From Ranitomeya imitator (Eukaryota): a stretch of 64,000 nucleotides of DNA. Made by a program: the position numbers and the translations under genes. Location: contig NC_091282.1 in the NCBI RefSeq assembly GCF_032444005.1, forward strand, positions 794,158,001-794,222,000, read 5' to 3'. The notes under the pieces were generated by a model. The model did no database searches. It saw only the letters and a program-made list of their open reading frames with translations, and was not told the origin of the DNA. Of this stretch, positions 1-13,519 are shown one piece after another; the stretch's first letter is position 1; every line of letters begins with the position of its first letter.

Positions 1-700
1 GGTGATAATAACAGTGGGAGATGAGGTAGTCCTCGTGGTCTTCATGATCCTCATCTCTAGGTCAGAGTCCTCTCTCAGGAAGGCTTGTCATGTGCTCTAC
101 AGCAGAGGCATTCACAGATTTGCATAGATAACTCGGTTAAACCGAGTTTCCTCAGTGGTGGCTCTGTGGGAAAATTGATCCCGTTTAGGCAGGTTTTCGC
201 AGTGATCACTTTCTGATCAACTCATTTCCACATCCAAGGAAAACGGTCCAATTATTCAATCAGAGCGAGATCAGTTGATTTTTAATGTAGAGAGAGTAAA
301 AAAAAGTTTCTCCACCTCCTCCATTCTGTAAGCTCCTGAAACTCAGACTGCACTCTGTTGTTATCCAAGTGTAGGTCGATTGTTTTTCATGGACCCATAG
401 CCTTGAATTGCTGATTTGGATCCAATACTCGAATTAAAATCATATATGTCTCCGATTTTTTTTCCTTGGGTCACTTGGTCCGAGGAAAAATCAGACATTT
501 GCAAAGCCCCATATACAATATCGTAGGTATGAGTGTTGTCTGTGAAAATCACGGCTAGCACTCATGCCAGAAAATCGGTCGTGTGCAGGAACTCACTGAT
601 GAGTAGGATTTGTCCTAAGCAGAGACATTCTTTAATAAAATATAAAACAATGACTTCTTCATTTCTCTGATTTAAAGTATGTGACCCCACTGCTTTCTTA

Positions 701-1084
701 AGGTACCGTCACATTAAGCGACGCTGCAGCGATATAGACAACGAGCCGATCGCTGCAGCGTCGCTGTTTAGGTCGCTAGGAGACGTCAAACACGGCAACA
801 GCAGAACGATGCAGGAGCGATCCAGTGACGTACTTATTGTTCTCGCTGGTTGTTCGCTCCATGAAAAAACATTGCAGGCATCGTTGCTTTTGCTGTCAAA
901 CATGACGAATCACGCCGACCTGATGTCCAAATAAAGTTCCGGACTTCTAGCTACGACCAGCGATGTCACAGTGGGATCCTGATTGCTGCTGCGTGTCAAA
1001 CCCAACAAGATCGCTATCCAGGATGCTGCAACGTCACGGATCGCTGTCGTTCTCGTTGGTAAGTTGCTCAGTGTGAAGGTACCT
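701..1084. mobile_element. PIF/Harbinger-type MITE (AGGTACC terminal family)
   Basis: Termini AGGTACCGTCACA...TGTGAAGGTACCT; flanked by TTA (698-700) and TTA (1085-1087); non-coding; same termini at 6486 and 15246. Confidence 0.8.
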
Positions 1085-2523
1085 TTAGTCTCTATTTAAT
1101 CTGTTCAAACACTTTATTAAGGGAATATCTCACTTCTTCATCTTGAGATGAGTCTATAAGCAACTCCATTGCTTGCGGTTTCGATGAGTTTACCTTCCTG
1201 GACTCCCCCACATCCTATATCATCCTTCCTTCATTTCTGTTTCTCATTGTCATCCCTAGTGATTGAGGCACCAGAAGGTTGACATATTGACTTTGTTTTG
1301 TTCTCTCTTGTCTTTCCTCTAGGTTCGCTAAGCCTTTTGTAATGTGTATTTCTAGTATATTCTGCGTGATTAGTTTCCTGTGGAGCCGAGCCTCTGGGAA
1401 AAAATATTTTATGTATTGCTCCACTGCTCCTTTCATTAAGATGAATGCAAACCTTATGAGAAGCTTGTACTGCTCGTTCTCATGGTCTACGTGGGCTGTC
1501 ATGTAGAGCTGAGCGAATCTCCCAAATTCCAAATTAGGTTTACAGCAAATAATTCTGGTGCAAATCGAATCTCATGAGTAGGAATTAAAAACAGATAATA
1601 GACTCTTACACTACTCGGTCCTCCCCATATCTGTGCCTCCACTGTCGCAACACTTCTGTCCGATATTCCGTTCAGGCACTCTTCCTTTTACCTCTCCTTC
1701 CCAGTCTTCCAGCTGTTGCCACTACTTGCCAAGACTTGCACCGTCACTTGGGGAGCAATGTACATTTTTGATCATATATGACCATATGAACCTTTATCCG
1801 TCGGCACCAAAGCCTAGCTGACATTTTGCTGTATTCATGCAAAGCAAATAACCCAATATTCAGACCTTCCAAAATAAATGGAAATTAGGAAATTCTTTGC
1901 GAATTGAACAAATCAATTGTAAACAAGTTCAATCTCTGTTGACTGGTTTTTGCCATCCATCTAAGGAAGGTAAAGGATTTTTTCTAGATTCCAGAAAAGA
2001 AAGGCAAAATGTCCTCATTTTTTTCTCATTGTTGCAGTCCTCCTTACTCCCAGTCACCAGCATAGACAACTTCTAGGTCACTAGGGCATTGATAAGGAAA
2101 CAAGACTACTGTTAAAAGGAGAAGGGTGTATCCTAGAGAGCAAATCGGTTCATAGTGAATCAAATTTGCATAGAATTTTTAAAAAAAAATCTGATACTCC
2201 TGAACTGAAGTCGACAAACCATTGATGCAACCAGTGCAGCCACACAAGAGGTAAAGGGCCACTTCTACCACCTCCAAAGAAACAAGCCACTTTTGTCAGT
2301 GATGCAAAAAAGGGGCACTTATATTGTTCTTGCACAGGGGACCACCAGTGTTCACCACTGCTCATAAATCCAAATTATTTGTAACTTGCTTTGAGCAAAT
2401 TCTGCAAAACGGTGGCCAGCCAACTGCATTTTTGCTGATTTGTAGCGGTTTAAGATAAGGGTATAAAAAGAAAAAATACTCCCCTAGCCACTCACCTGAC
2501 CACCACCACAGTCCTCTGTCTGG

Positions 2524-3141
2524 TGTGAGGCAGTGACCGGTGTCATATGCAAGGGTCGATATGTCGATATGTATCGCTTAGAATGCAGACGGAGTCCTAT
2601 TAGACCCGCTGGAGTGCCTTGTGGTCACAGTAGGATGCCTGTGAGTCACGGGCAAAATAAAAGTAAGTGTGGACCTGGTCAAGCTATTTTGGCCTGGGCA
2701 TTGTTCAGGAGAAGCTGGTATTAGCTTTTATTTTTTAAACAGATTGCAGGAAGAAAGTGGGGCCTGTTTCCTCCAGTCCAGGTCTTGCAAGTGGCCTACG
2801 GCCACAGGTTATTTTACAAACCCTTGCAGCAGACGGTTGGGTGTGTCAGTGTGGAGTTTGCATTGTGTAGAGCAGACAGCTCTGTAAAAGCGCTGCCTAT
2901 GTGAGGGAACACAGAGCCCAGTGGAGTGAACTCCTGGCACCCCGCAGCATAATACAGTGGTGCAGTCACCCTCGGCACCAGGACGCATTTATGGACTGTT
3001 TTGTTTCCCGGCTGCTATCCGGAGGATACCATTTCTTTTGTTTATACGTTTTTGGACATTAAACCTACATTTACTTTGAACTTTCCTTGGTCACTGCCTC
3101 ATCTCTGCATAGCGTGGACCACATATGGTTTGAGAATGTGG
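2524..3141 (+). mobile_element. Gypsy-like 5' LTR plus degenerate primer-binding site
   Basis: Starts TGTGAGGCAGTGACC, ends GACCACA (3123); followed by TGGTTTGAGAATGTGG (3126-3141), resembling a tRNA-type PBS, then a gag-like frame. Confidence 0.6.
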
Positions 3142-3225
3142 TCAATATAAACTGAGGCATACCCCCAAGCGTGCTGCATGTCAGTAATAAAGCCAGCAAC
3201 GCTACACCTGAAACCTGCTGACAAG

Positions 3226-3480
3226 ATGGAGGAGCTTTTGAAGCAGTTGGTCCTTGCTCAGCAGTAGCAACATGAGCAGCACCAGCAGCAGCAGCAGTGT
3301 AAGCGGCAGCAGCAAGAGAAGCAGCAAAGGTAGGAGATATTTAGTCAGCAACAGCAGCAGACAAATAACCTGTTGATGCAACAGATCGTGACTATGTCAG
3401 AGTCAACCCCACCAGCGACCGCATGCCAGTCAGAGGCCCGGTACAAAGTCCAGTCAGCACTGAGGAAGATGGCGCTTGAC
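3226..3480 (+). pseudogene. Truncated, disrupted Gypsy (Gmr1-like, inferred) gag N-terminus
   Basis: ATG 3226 gives MEELLKQLVLAQQ, stop at 3265-3267, a Gln-rich stretch, then LLMQQIV...EARYKVQSALRKMA, directly after LTR and PBS; breaks off near 3480. Confidence 0.55.
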
Positions 3481-4191
3481 CACTCTCAGCCTCACCAACT
3501 ACCATCCTCACCACTCCCATCCCCACCCCTCACCACTCCCTTCCTCACCACTCTAATCCTCACCATTCCCTAAAGTGCAACATTTTTTTCCTGCATCTTG
3601 ACTATGTGCCGGGGCTTCTGGAGCCGAGTTGATGTCACAATAAACAGCTTAATACCACAACATCATGACCTCACAAGGACAACAGAGACCAAGATGGCAC
3701 CAGCAGAGTAAAATGGAGATGCAGGAAGAGGATATATGGTACAAAAAAGATGTCATAAAGAGCTGCGTGTAGGACCGGACAGGGGGCTGTGGTCACGGGA
3801 CGATTGAATGCCATGGTTGCATTTTTCCACTCTGTGGTTACTTCTCTGGAATATTATGTTGCGAGGATAATGAAGTATATTCAATTCATATCAAATTTGA
3901 TACAAATTGGTTTTCTTGGAAAACTTGAACAAATTGCTGAATATCTGCAAAGTTTGGTCTGGGTTCAGCAAAATTTTTAAAGAGTTTGGATGGTCTGTAT
4001 TTAGGGGGTCAGGTTTGAAAGCTGGATTTAGAGGTCTGTTTTCATGTAAGGGTCTGTATATTTTGAGATGTGATGTGTTGGCTCATATGGTTGGTCAGTA
4101 TGCTAAACTGGTAGAGCTTCGTGGTTGCACTGGGAAGCACAGCTCTGGAGAACAAACTGAAGGATGGCTAATAAAATACTGAACAGACTGT

Positions 4192-4560
4192 ATGCAAATT
4201 GCCTCTTCAGAGAGAAAGAGCACTTGAACGCTATAGCGCCACCTGTTGGAAGTAGCGATCCTACAAGTCACAATTAACCCTTTGCAAGCCTTGCAATATA
4301 ACTTAGGATACAAGCCAAATTTTAAGCTTTTATCCTAAGTCATATTGCAAGACTAGTTAAAGGGTTGATTGTGACTTGTAGGATCGCTACTTCCAACAGG
4401 TGGCGCTATAGAGTTCAAGTCCTCTTTCTCGCTGAAGAGGCAATTTGCATATACAATTTCCCATAGAAGCATTGCACGACGAATAAGCCTCCTTACCTTG
4501 ACAAGCCAGAGCTGGTATGTCACTCTCCACAAGGAGAAACCTTACCCCTTAGACCCTTAC
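4192..4560. mobile_element. Penelope-type non-coding hairpin insert (inverted arms plus tail)
   Basis: 9-bp TSD ACAGACTGT (4183-4191, 4561-4569); inverted arms span about 4192-4452; unpaired tail of about 110 bp; homologous copy at 24707-25057. Confidence 0.65.
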
Positions 4561-5335
4561 ACAGACTGTCAAATACTACATTCTTAGACTATGGATTTTG
4601 TGATTTGGGGAAAGGAGCATTTTAAGGAATTCTGAGAAACAGAAAAATACTTGCTTTTCTGCAATATCTGACAGCTTGCCATTTTCTATTTTTGTATTTT
4701 TAACTTTTTTTTTTTCCTTCGGGGATTGAAGTGTATTCTGCAGCCCACATCCTATCACCTTGGAATGAAAGCGGTAAAAAAAAGTGTATATAATTTGTAG
4801 CCATGTACTGTATTAAAACTATTTGTGAGAATCATCCCTGCAATCCTGAAATCACTTTTTCTAATAATACACCCGGAGGAAGTTGTTCTTACATTGTTCC
4901 GTATACCTGTCATCATGCTCAATTAGTTTGGAGGAAAATTGCTCGTAAGTAAAAGTAAATTATATGGTGCAACATTGTAAGGAAAAAAAAGAAGAAAAAT
5001 GTCTTAACATTAGTATATATTCTTCCTTCTTCAATTCAGTGTCAGAAGGGAAAATACTGTTTATACAGGATAGAACGATAAGAAATAGCAAGATAGGAGG
5101 ATAGATGTGTGCAGGGACAGACATTATGCCTGTGCAGGCAATGCAGGAGCACAGAGGCTCCAAGGTTTTTGGGTCCTGTAAAGGTTGTGATCTGTGCCAA
5201 TCCAGGAGTGGTTGTTATATGTCATCAGATTAGCATTTAACTTATAGATCTGTCTGACCTACAAAATACGGCAGTCTCAGTGAGCTGCAATGATATATTT
5301 AATTATTTTACAGCCTCTTTTTGCAGCTTAGGATT

Positions 5336-5999
5336 CAAACTTGGCATGGAAGGCAGAAACACTAACAGTGAGCCATACAAACTCAGTATGGAAGGCAGAA
5401 ACACTAACAGTGAGCAATTCAAACTCAGTATGGAAGGCAGAAACACTCACAGTGACAAATTCAAACTCAGTATGGAAGGCATAAACACTAACAGTGAGCC
5501 TTTCATACTTAGTATGGAAGGCAGAAACACTAACAGTGAGCCATTCAAGCTCAGTATGGAAGGCAGAAACACTAACAGAGAGCCATTCAAACTCAGTAAG
5601 GAAGGCAGAAACACTAAAAGTGAGCCATTCAAACTCAGTATGCAAGGCAGAAACACTAAGTTATAACAGTGAGCCATTAAAACTTAGCATGCAAGGCAGA
5701 AACACTAATAGCAAGTCATTCAACCTCAGTATGGAAGGCAGAAACACTAACAGTGAGCCTTTCAAACCCAGTATGGAAGGCAGAAACACTAATAGCAAGC
5801 CACTCAATCTCAGTATGTAAGGCAGAAACACTAACAGTGAGCTAGTCAAACTCAGTATGGAAGGCAGAAACACCAACGGTGAGCCATTCAAACTTAGTAT
5901 GGAAGGCAGTAACACTAACAGTGAGCCATTCAAGCTCAGTATCGAAGGCAGAAACACTAACAGTGAGCCATTCAAACTCAGTATGCAAGACAGAAACAA
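5336..5999. repeat. 42-bp minisatellite, about 15 copies
   Basis: Unit GGAAGGCAGAAACACTAACAGTGAGCCATTCAAACTCAGTAT; explains the 14-aa periodic ORFs in several frames. Confidence 0.9.
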
Positions 6000-6249
6000 T
6001 AACTAGTGATACTCTCTGCTTAGAAACCTCATCAGTATTCTTCTTTACAGGCATGACGTACTAGTATTTACAGATATTTTCTATCATTATTTGCGAGTAC
6101 ATTATAAAATAAAAAAATTAGTTTAAAAGTAAAAGTCAGTCATATTTTCAATAAAGTTACCTAAAAATGACAGTACAAAATAATTGCAGCTATGGCATTT
6201 TTGAAATACACTTTATTTTTTGAAATGCACTACCCAGGTTAATACGATT

Positions 6250-7465
6250 AATCCCCTACCCCACAGTTTTAAGCGTGCCCTAAAAACGCATTTGTTCAGA
6301 GTGGCCTACCGCCTCAACACATTAACCTAACTATCCCTGTGTTGCCCACTCAAAATTTTTACCATAATCAGGTTCCTCGCATCATGTTCTCATACGCTTT
6401 ATGATATAATAGACCTCTATCTGTACTGTTACATATTTAAGCTGATAACCGGTTCATGCAGCTTTACATGAACACCCGAGCCTTAAGGTACCTTCAAACT
6501 CAGCGACGCTGCAGCGATACCGACAACGATATCGATCGCTGCAGCGTCGCTGTTTAGTCGCTGGAGAGCTGTCACACAGACAGCTCTCCAGCGACCAACG
6601 ATGCCGAAGTCCCCGGTAACCAGGGTAAACATCGGGTTACTAAGCGCAAGGCCGCGCTTAGTAACCCGATGTTTACCATGGTTACCAGCGTAAACGTTAA
6701 AAAAACAAACACTACATACTTACCTTCCACTGTCTGTCCTCCGGCGCTCTGCTTTCCTCTGCACTGTCAGCGCCGGTCAGCCGGAAAGCAGAGCGGTGAC
6801 GTCACTGCTGTGCTTTCCGGCTGGCCGGCGCTGACACAGGATGCAGGAGGAGTGCAGAGAAGCACAGCGCCGGGGACAGACAGCTGAAGGTAAGTATGTA
6901 GTGTTTGTTTTTTTAACGTTTACGCTGGTAACCAGGGTAAACATCGGGTTACTAAGCGCGGCCCTGCGCTTAGTAACCCGATGTTTACCCTGGTTACCAG
7001 TGAAGACATTGCTGGATCGGCGTCACACATGTCGATCCAGCGATGTCAGCGGGAGATCCAGCGACAAAATAAAGTGCTGGACTTTCCCCAGCGACCAACG
7101 ATCTCCCAGCAGGGGCCTGATCGTTGGTCGCTGTCACACATAACGATTTCCTTAACGATATCGTTGCTACGTCACAAAAAGCAACGATATCGTTAACGAT
7201 ATCGTTATGTGTGAAGGTACCTTTACACTATGGCTGGTCCGGACAATGAAAGCAATTGTTACCATCCAACTCTCGTGTCTCCCCTTTTCGCTCATTGATT
7301 GTAAGCTTGCGAGCAGGGCCCTCACTCCTCCTGGCATCTGTTGATCTATGTGTTCATTGTTATGCTGAAATGTCTATTGTATGTACAACTCCCCTCTAAA
7401 ATATAAAGTGCTGCGGAATATGTCGGCGACTCGGCGCTATAGAAATACAATTATTAATATTATTT
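6250..7465 (+). mobile_element. L2-type LINE 3' end interrupted by a MITE
   Basis: TTGTAAGCTTGCGAGCAGGGCCCTC and terminal AAAGTGCTGCGGAATATGTCGGCG...GCGCTATAGAAATA followed by an ATT-type tail; similar to the SINE tail at 52560-52629; continuous across the TTA TSD of the 6486-7222 MITE. Left boundary approximate. Confidence 0.55.
6486..7222. mobile_element. PIF/Harbinger-type MITE with branched internal palindrome
   Basis: AGGTACCTTCA...TGAAGGTACCT; TSD TTA (6483-6485, 7223-7225); internal inverted repeat about 6615-6990 whose arms are themselves hairpins. Confidence 0.85.
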
Positions 7466-8367
7466 AATAAAACATCACAAATCAGTAAAGACCACAAATA
7501 TTTTGGCTAATTCATTCATCGTAATAACCTGAACAATACTGTGAGTTATTTATGGTAGGCGATAAATAAAGTGATAATGATTAGTGATGAACGAGCACTA
7601 AAAAGCAAATTGGAATACTAGGGTACTTGACCAGAGCAATGAGCCCAATGTAAGTCTATAGGAAACCCGAGTTTTTTTTTACTGCGATCCCCCACCCCCC
7701 CCAGGGGGGTCCTTTTCAGGTCTAAAAACATCTGAAAATGATGGAAACACTGCTCAAATGACACAGGAACATCATGGGGATCGCCCCTGAAAGCATTTCT
7801 GACTCCAAGATCACAACGGAAAGCATTGTTGTCAGAGTTTCATGCCATTTTTACAGGTGCACCAAAAAACATACAAAAACAAAAACAAAATGGATTTTGC
7901 TGGGAAATACTGTATGTTAAGGTACATCCTTTCCAGGCTAATGACTTGTACATAAGGCAAAATAGTTAACCCCAGACAAAAAAGTCACTCCACCACTTGG
8001 GCTATGTTCACACGTAGCGTTTTTGATGCGTTTTTCAACTTTTACATTGCTTTCAACCAATACAAATGCATTCACTGGGAAAAGTCATTGTAACATTTAA
8101 CAACCCTAGCTGGCCATGTGGTGTGTGATACAAAAGGAGACACATCTTGTTTCATTTATGAAGGAGGGACTCTTAAAGTCACAAAGCCTATTTTTAGAGG
8201 GGCATCAGGCGGCATTAATATTCTTAAAGAGCCATTATTAAACAGTGGGTCTCCTATGCTGTTATTGCCTATGCAGTGAGTGGCTGGGCTGCCAACAATT
8301 ACAATGCATCCCAGTACCCCTTTGACGAGAGGCACAAGTGGGCTTCCTGAAAATATATTGTATTGAA

Positions 8368-8645
8368 TGCAAGGCCTGCCCTGCTATCAAGTCATATGCG
8401 CCCCAATAAGCCTCTGAACCCAGGTACGGGATGGCCACAGAAAAATCCACTTCATATTCTTCAGTTGGTCCTGCCATACTGTTTTCTTATGTATTAACTG
8501 CAAGGCCTGCCCTGCTACCAAGTCATATGCACCCCAATAAGCCTTTGAACCCAGGTACTGGATGGCCATAGGAAAACCAACTTCACATTCTTCAGTTGGT
8601 CCTGCCATACTGTTTCCTTATGCATCGAATGCAAGGGCTGCTTTG
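8368..8645. repeat. 131-bp tandem repeat (2 copies plus a partial) inside the hAT
   Basis: TGCAAGGCCTGCCCTGCTA recurs at 8368 and 8499, with a diverged TGCAAGGGCTGC at 8630. Confidence 0.75.
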
Positions 8646-8734
8646 ACCCAAATTTGCACACACCCCAATTCCCCCTGGAAGAAACATGGAGGAGGGCCTC
8701 ATAAAAAACTGTCCCATTACAAAGGAGCGGGTCT

Positions 8735-9596
8735 CCTAGACTTGTAATGCCCATACACTAAGTGCATGGGCTGACAAACATTTGCCTATGGGGGGTTACA
8801 GTTTTAAAAAAAATATTTATGGGTATCATAGACACCCTTGCCCAAAAATTGAATGGCTGTAAAAGAATACAACATGTTTACCATGGTGATCTAGTCGTGG
8901 AGAATGAGGAAACATTGATGAAGGCCTCATTAAAAACTAGGCCCAATGTAAAGGAGCGAGTAGCCTAGACTTGTAATGCCCATACATGCAGTTCATGGGC
9001 TGACAAACATTTCCCCAAGGGGGATACATTTTTTAAAAATATACTATGGGCATCATAGACACCCTTGCCAAAAATTGGACTGCCTGTAGCGGCACAGAAG
9101 ACATTAAGCCTGGTGATCTAATGGTGGAGAATGAGGAGACATTGCTAAATGCCTCATGACAAAATAGGCACAATGTAAAGAAGTGTGTCTCCTAGACTTG
9201 TAATGCCCATACACGCAGTGCATGGGCTGACAAACATTTCCCCAAGGGGGATACATTTCTTAAAAATATACTATGGACATCATAGACACCCTTGTCAAAA
9301 ATTGGACTGCCTGCAGCGGCACAGAAAATGTTAACCCTGCTGATCTAGTGGTGGAGAATGAGGAGACATTGTTGAATGCCTCATGAAAAAATAGGCACAA
9401 TGTAAAGGAGTGTGTCTCCTAGACTTGTAATGCCCATACACGCAGTGCATGGACTGACAAACATTTCCTGTAGGGGGATACATTTTTAAAAATATACTAT
9501 GGCCATCATAGACACCCTTGCCAAAAATTGGACTGCCTGTAGCGGCACAGAAGATGTTAAGCCTGGTGATCTAGTGGTGGCAAATGAGGAGACATA
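8735..9596. repeat. About 228-bp tandem repeat, 4 copies, inside the hAT
   Basis: CCTAGACTTGTAATGCCCATACA at 8735, 8964, 9191 and 9418. Confidence 0.85.
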
Positions 9597-10127
9597 AAGA
9601 TAAATCATATTGAAATAAAAAAAAAGGATGTGAATCCACCGATGAAAGTAAATAGCAAAAGGGAAGGGCGAACACAGGTTCATATATATGATGCCAGATT
9701 GTGTCCAACGAGATCTGTTTGTCCCTAGCAACAGCTCAGAAACAGAGATATAAAAAAAATATATAATAGTATTTCAGTATTTTCATATTGTAGAGGTATA
9801 CACTTGGTCATAAATGAATGGTGCAGAGATATTAACACTGGAATATATAAGAATAAATGGGAAAAATTTAAGTACATCTAATTTTGATGACAGTTTATTT
9901 TAGTTTCTAATTAATAACGGGCATCAGAAAAACACCCTTGCACAAAAATTGAGTGACTTTTGCATCACGGAATACGTTCACCCTGGTGTTGTATTGGTTG
10001 TGGATGATGAGGATGAGGATAAGGAGGATAACACAAAAACAGACAAAATCAAGAAGCGGATACCCATGTGTGGTTGGGGAGAGGTGCATGACAATACACC
10101 TCCACAAAAAACACAATATAATAGAGG

Positions 10128-13100
10128 CTATGCTTCGCTGTTTTCACTTGGTGGTGTACAGAAATCGTGCCCAATCCAGCCCGTCAGTCTATCAGCATTT
10201 TCAGTTGACAGGTGGATGCGCTTATCTGTTATAATTCCACCAGTGGCACTAAAAACCCGCTCTGACAGAACGCTAGCAGCAATGCATGCCAGGACCTCCA
10301 AGGTATAGAGAGCCAGTTCATGCCACGTGAACAGCTTGGATACCCAATGATTAAAAGGCACAGAGGAATCATGGAGGACATTTGCATGATCTGCAAGGTA
10401 CTCCCTCAGCATCTTCCCAAACATTGCACTTTTTGTGACAGCACCCCTTGCCTCTGTGCCGGCACGATGGGAGGGTCTGAGAAAACTGTCCCAAAACTTT
10501 GCCATTGTTCCCCTGCCAGAGCTGGATTGTACTTCTGTCTCTCTCACTTGGACTCCTTGGTTGTACAACAAACTCTGACGTCTGCTGCCAGCGTTCTCAC
10601 ATGGGAATTTTCTAAGTAATTCCGATACAAAGGCCCTCACGTACTGCAAGATTTTAGCACACCTCTCTGCCTCTGGCAGAAGAGATTGAAATTCTCCTTG
10701 TAGCGTGAGTCTAGAAGTGTCACCAACCAGTAATGAGTGTCACCAAAAATTTTTATAATGCAAGGGTCACGTGAAACGCAGCGCAACAAAAAGTCAGCCA
10801 CGCGTGCCAGACTGCTAAAAGGCAAGACTTCCGTGTCCTCACCAACAGGACAACGGACCATGCTGTTCTCCTTCTCCTCATCCTCATCCTCCTCCTCCCT
10901 GTCCTCAGGCCATCCCCGCTGAACAGACGGTATGAGAGCTGTGCTTGTAGTACCGTCTATAGCGCATGAAAGTAGCTCCTTTTCTTCCTCCTCCTCCTCA
11001 TTGCCTACCAATCCACATTGGGAAGACATGAGGCTGGGATGAGTGTAATCCCCCTGTATGGTTCCTTGATCCATGTCCTCATGCTATGCCTGCAATGCAT
11101 CCTCTTTAATTGTGAGCGGAGAGGTTTTATGAATGCTGAGAAGCGGGATGGTGATGCTAATCATGGCGTCATCGTCGCTCACCATCTTGGTGCAGTCCTC
11201 ATAGTTTTGTAGGATGGTACATATGTTTGACATCCATGTCCACTCCTGAGGTCTTATGTGTGAAGTCTGAACTGAATATTGACGGCCTTGTTGATGTTGG
11301 TAGTCAACAACAGCCCTCTTCTGCTCACAAATCCTTTCCAACATATGCAGGGTAGAGTTCCAACGTGTGGGGACATCACACACCAGTCGGTGAGCAGGAT
11401 GCTGCAAACACTGCAAAAGCACAACAAGGGCGGCTGAAGCTGTAGCTGACTTTCTAAAATGGGCAGACAGATGGCATACTTTCATTAGCAGATCCGGCAG
11501 CTCCGGGTAGCTTTTCAGAAAACATTAAACCATGAGGTTAAGCACATGGGCCAGGCAAGGTACACGTGTGAGCTCACCTTGCCTCAGAACCACCACCAGG
11601 TTCTGGCCATTGTCACATATGACCATGCCGGGCTGAAGGTTCAGCAGTGTCATCCAAATATTTGACTGCTCTGTCAGCGCTGTCCACAACTCTTCTGCAT
11701 TGTGCAGTTTGTCACCTATGCAGATTAGCTTCAGCACAGCCTGTTGGCGCTTGGCTTAGGCAGTGCTGCAGTGCTACCAGCTTCTGACTGATGTGTTGAT
11801 TTTCAGAAATGGAGGCTGAGGAGGCGGAGGAGGAGGTACAGGAGCTGTAGACTGTGGGGGCAACCCTGATTGACATAGGGCCCGTAATCTTCGGCGTGGG
11901 GAAGATGTGTTCCATTCCAAAGTTCGACTGGGTCCCGACTTCCACTATATTAACCCAGTGTGCCGTTAGTGAGATGTACCATCCTTGCCCACAAGCACTT
12001 TTCCACGTGTCCATGATTAGGTGGACTTTCCCAGTAACAGCATTGTTGAGGGCACAGGTAATTTTGTGGGACTCATGCTGGTGTAATGCCGGTACGGCAC
12101 ACCGGGAGAAATATTGGTGACTGGGGACCGAGTACCTTGGGACGGTCACCGCCATCAGGTTGCGGAAAGCTTCGGTCTCAATGAGCCTAAAAGGCAACAT
12201 TTCGAGCGCAATCAGAAGAGAAATGTTAGAATTTAGTACTGTGGCCTGTGGGGCGTTGGCTGGGTATTTCCACTTGCGTTCCAATGACTGGAGTATAGAC
12301 AACTGAAGTCTGCACTGGGACAAGGATGTGGACAGGCTTGATGATGGTGCTGCTTTACTGTGGGCAACAACAGGTGCAGGGCTAGAGGCATCTTCAAATG
12401 CACGGTGGACTGGGGATTGGCTTCTATGCAAAACAGTGGAAGAAGCAGTGGTGTCACCTGAACACAGTGTTCCTGGAACCTGGGGTTCGGCCCACAAAGT
12501 CGGGTGCTTTGCTGCCATGTGCCTGATCATGCTGGTCATGGTCAGGCTGATAGTTTTGCTACCCCTGCTGATGCAGGCATTGAAGGTGCTGCAAATGGCC
12601 TCTTTGGGGTTATCGGCACAGTGTTTAAAATATAACCAGACTCAGGAAGATCTAACAGTTGGAATGGCAACTTCCCTCATGTTGGTGTTACGGGGAACAG
12701 ATGCATGTCTTCTGTCTGTGGCCACAACACTGCTTCTTCCTGCCTGTTGGGGTGATATGCCTCCTTCCCTATGTGTGCTGCTGTCCTTGCTCTGCATGAA
12801 CTCCTGCCAGGTTGGGTCAGTCACTATGTCATCCACAACCTCGTCTTCCACATCAGCACCTTGCTCCTTCTCCTGACTTTCTGGCAACTGTGTCTCACCA
12901 TTGTCCACCTTTTGTGACACTATTCCCACCATCGCCTTCGTGTGACCGTGGCTGGTCAAAGCTTTGGGCATTGCTACATGCGATCTCATCTGGCCCCACT
13001 TCAAGTTGACCAGTCAAGAGTCTGGAATCTTGAAGGGGAAAACTGAACAGCTCTTTGGAGTGTCCAAGTGTGGGATCAGTTGTCTCAGGGCACTCGGCAT

Positions 13101-13257
13101 GGTGGGTGGAAGGAGGATCAAGGTGAGAAATATATGGTCCACACTCATGGCTGCTCAGACTTGACCATGTGGAAAACATGGTGATGGTGGTGGCTAAGTG
13201 AGTGGAAGCATTATCTGCTATCCGACCAACAACCGTTTCACACTGCTCTGGATTCAA
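10128..13257 (-). pseudogene. Frameshifted hAT transposase (BED finger, DDE core, hATC dimerisation domain)
   Basis: Consecutive minus-strand fragments: SMIRHMAAKH (BED finger end), VHLIMDTW, MVICDNG, PCLAHVLNL (CxxH), CDVPTRWNSTLHML, ACIAASVLSERVFSATG; split over several frames. Confidence 0.9.
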
Positions 13258-13519
13258 TAGTGGTGTGCTGCGATCCCCTAGAAACTAGGACAGGAAGGTC
13301 GAGCGAAAAGATGTGGATCTTTGTTGTGGCCCACTTTCAGCATGGCCAAGGCCTCATAATCTGCATGCACCATCAGCATCACATCCACTTCCCCATCCCT
13401 TGCCTTGCCCATTTTAAATGGACTACTGAACTATTTCAAAAGCTCAACACAAATGTATTTATTTGGAGCAAAATTATATCTGATCAGTATGCCTTCAAAG
13501 CTACGAATTCCACCACAGA

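Noticed and set aside
1215-1532. 105-aa minus-strand ORF as a host exon
   Set aside because: Starts within a hAT-like terminal fragment; no recognisable domain or splice support.
4425-4460. CTGAAGAG as a hammerhead core in the CTCF-motif inserts
   Set aside because: No GAAA or stem III follows, so these two inserts are grouped with Penelope-type ones on architecture only.
5280-6064. Periodic ORFs in several frames (MEGRNTNSEPFKLS and others)
   Set aside because: By-product of the 42-bp minisatellite; open on both strands with no unique coding context.
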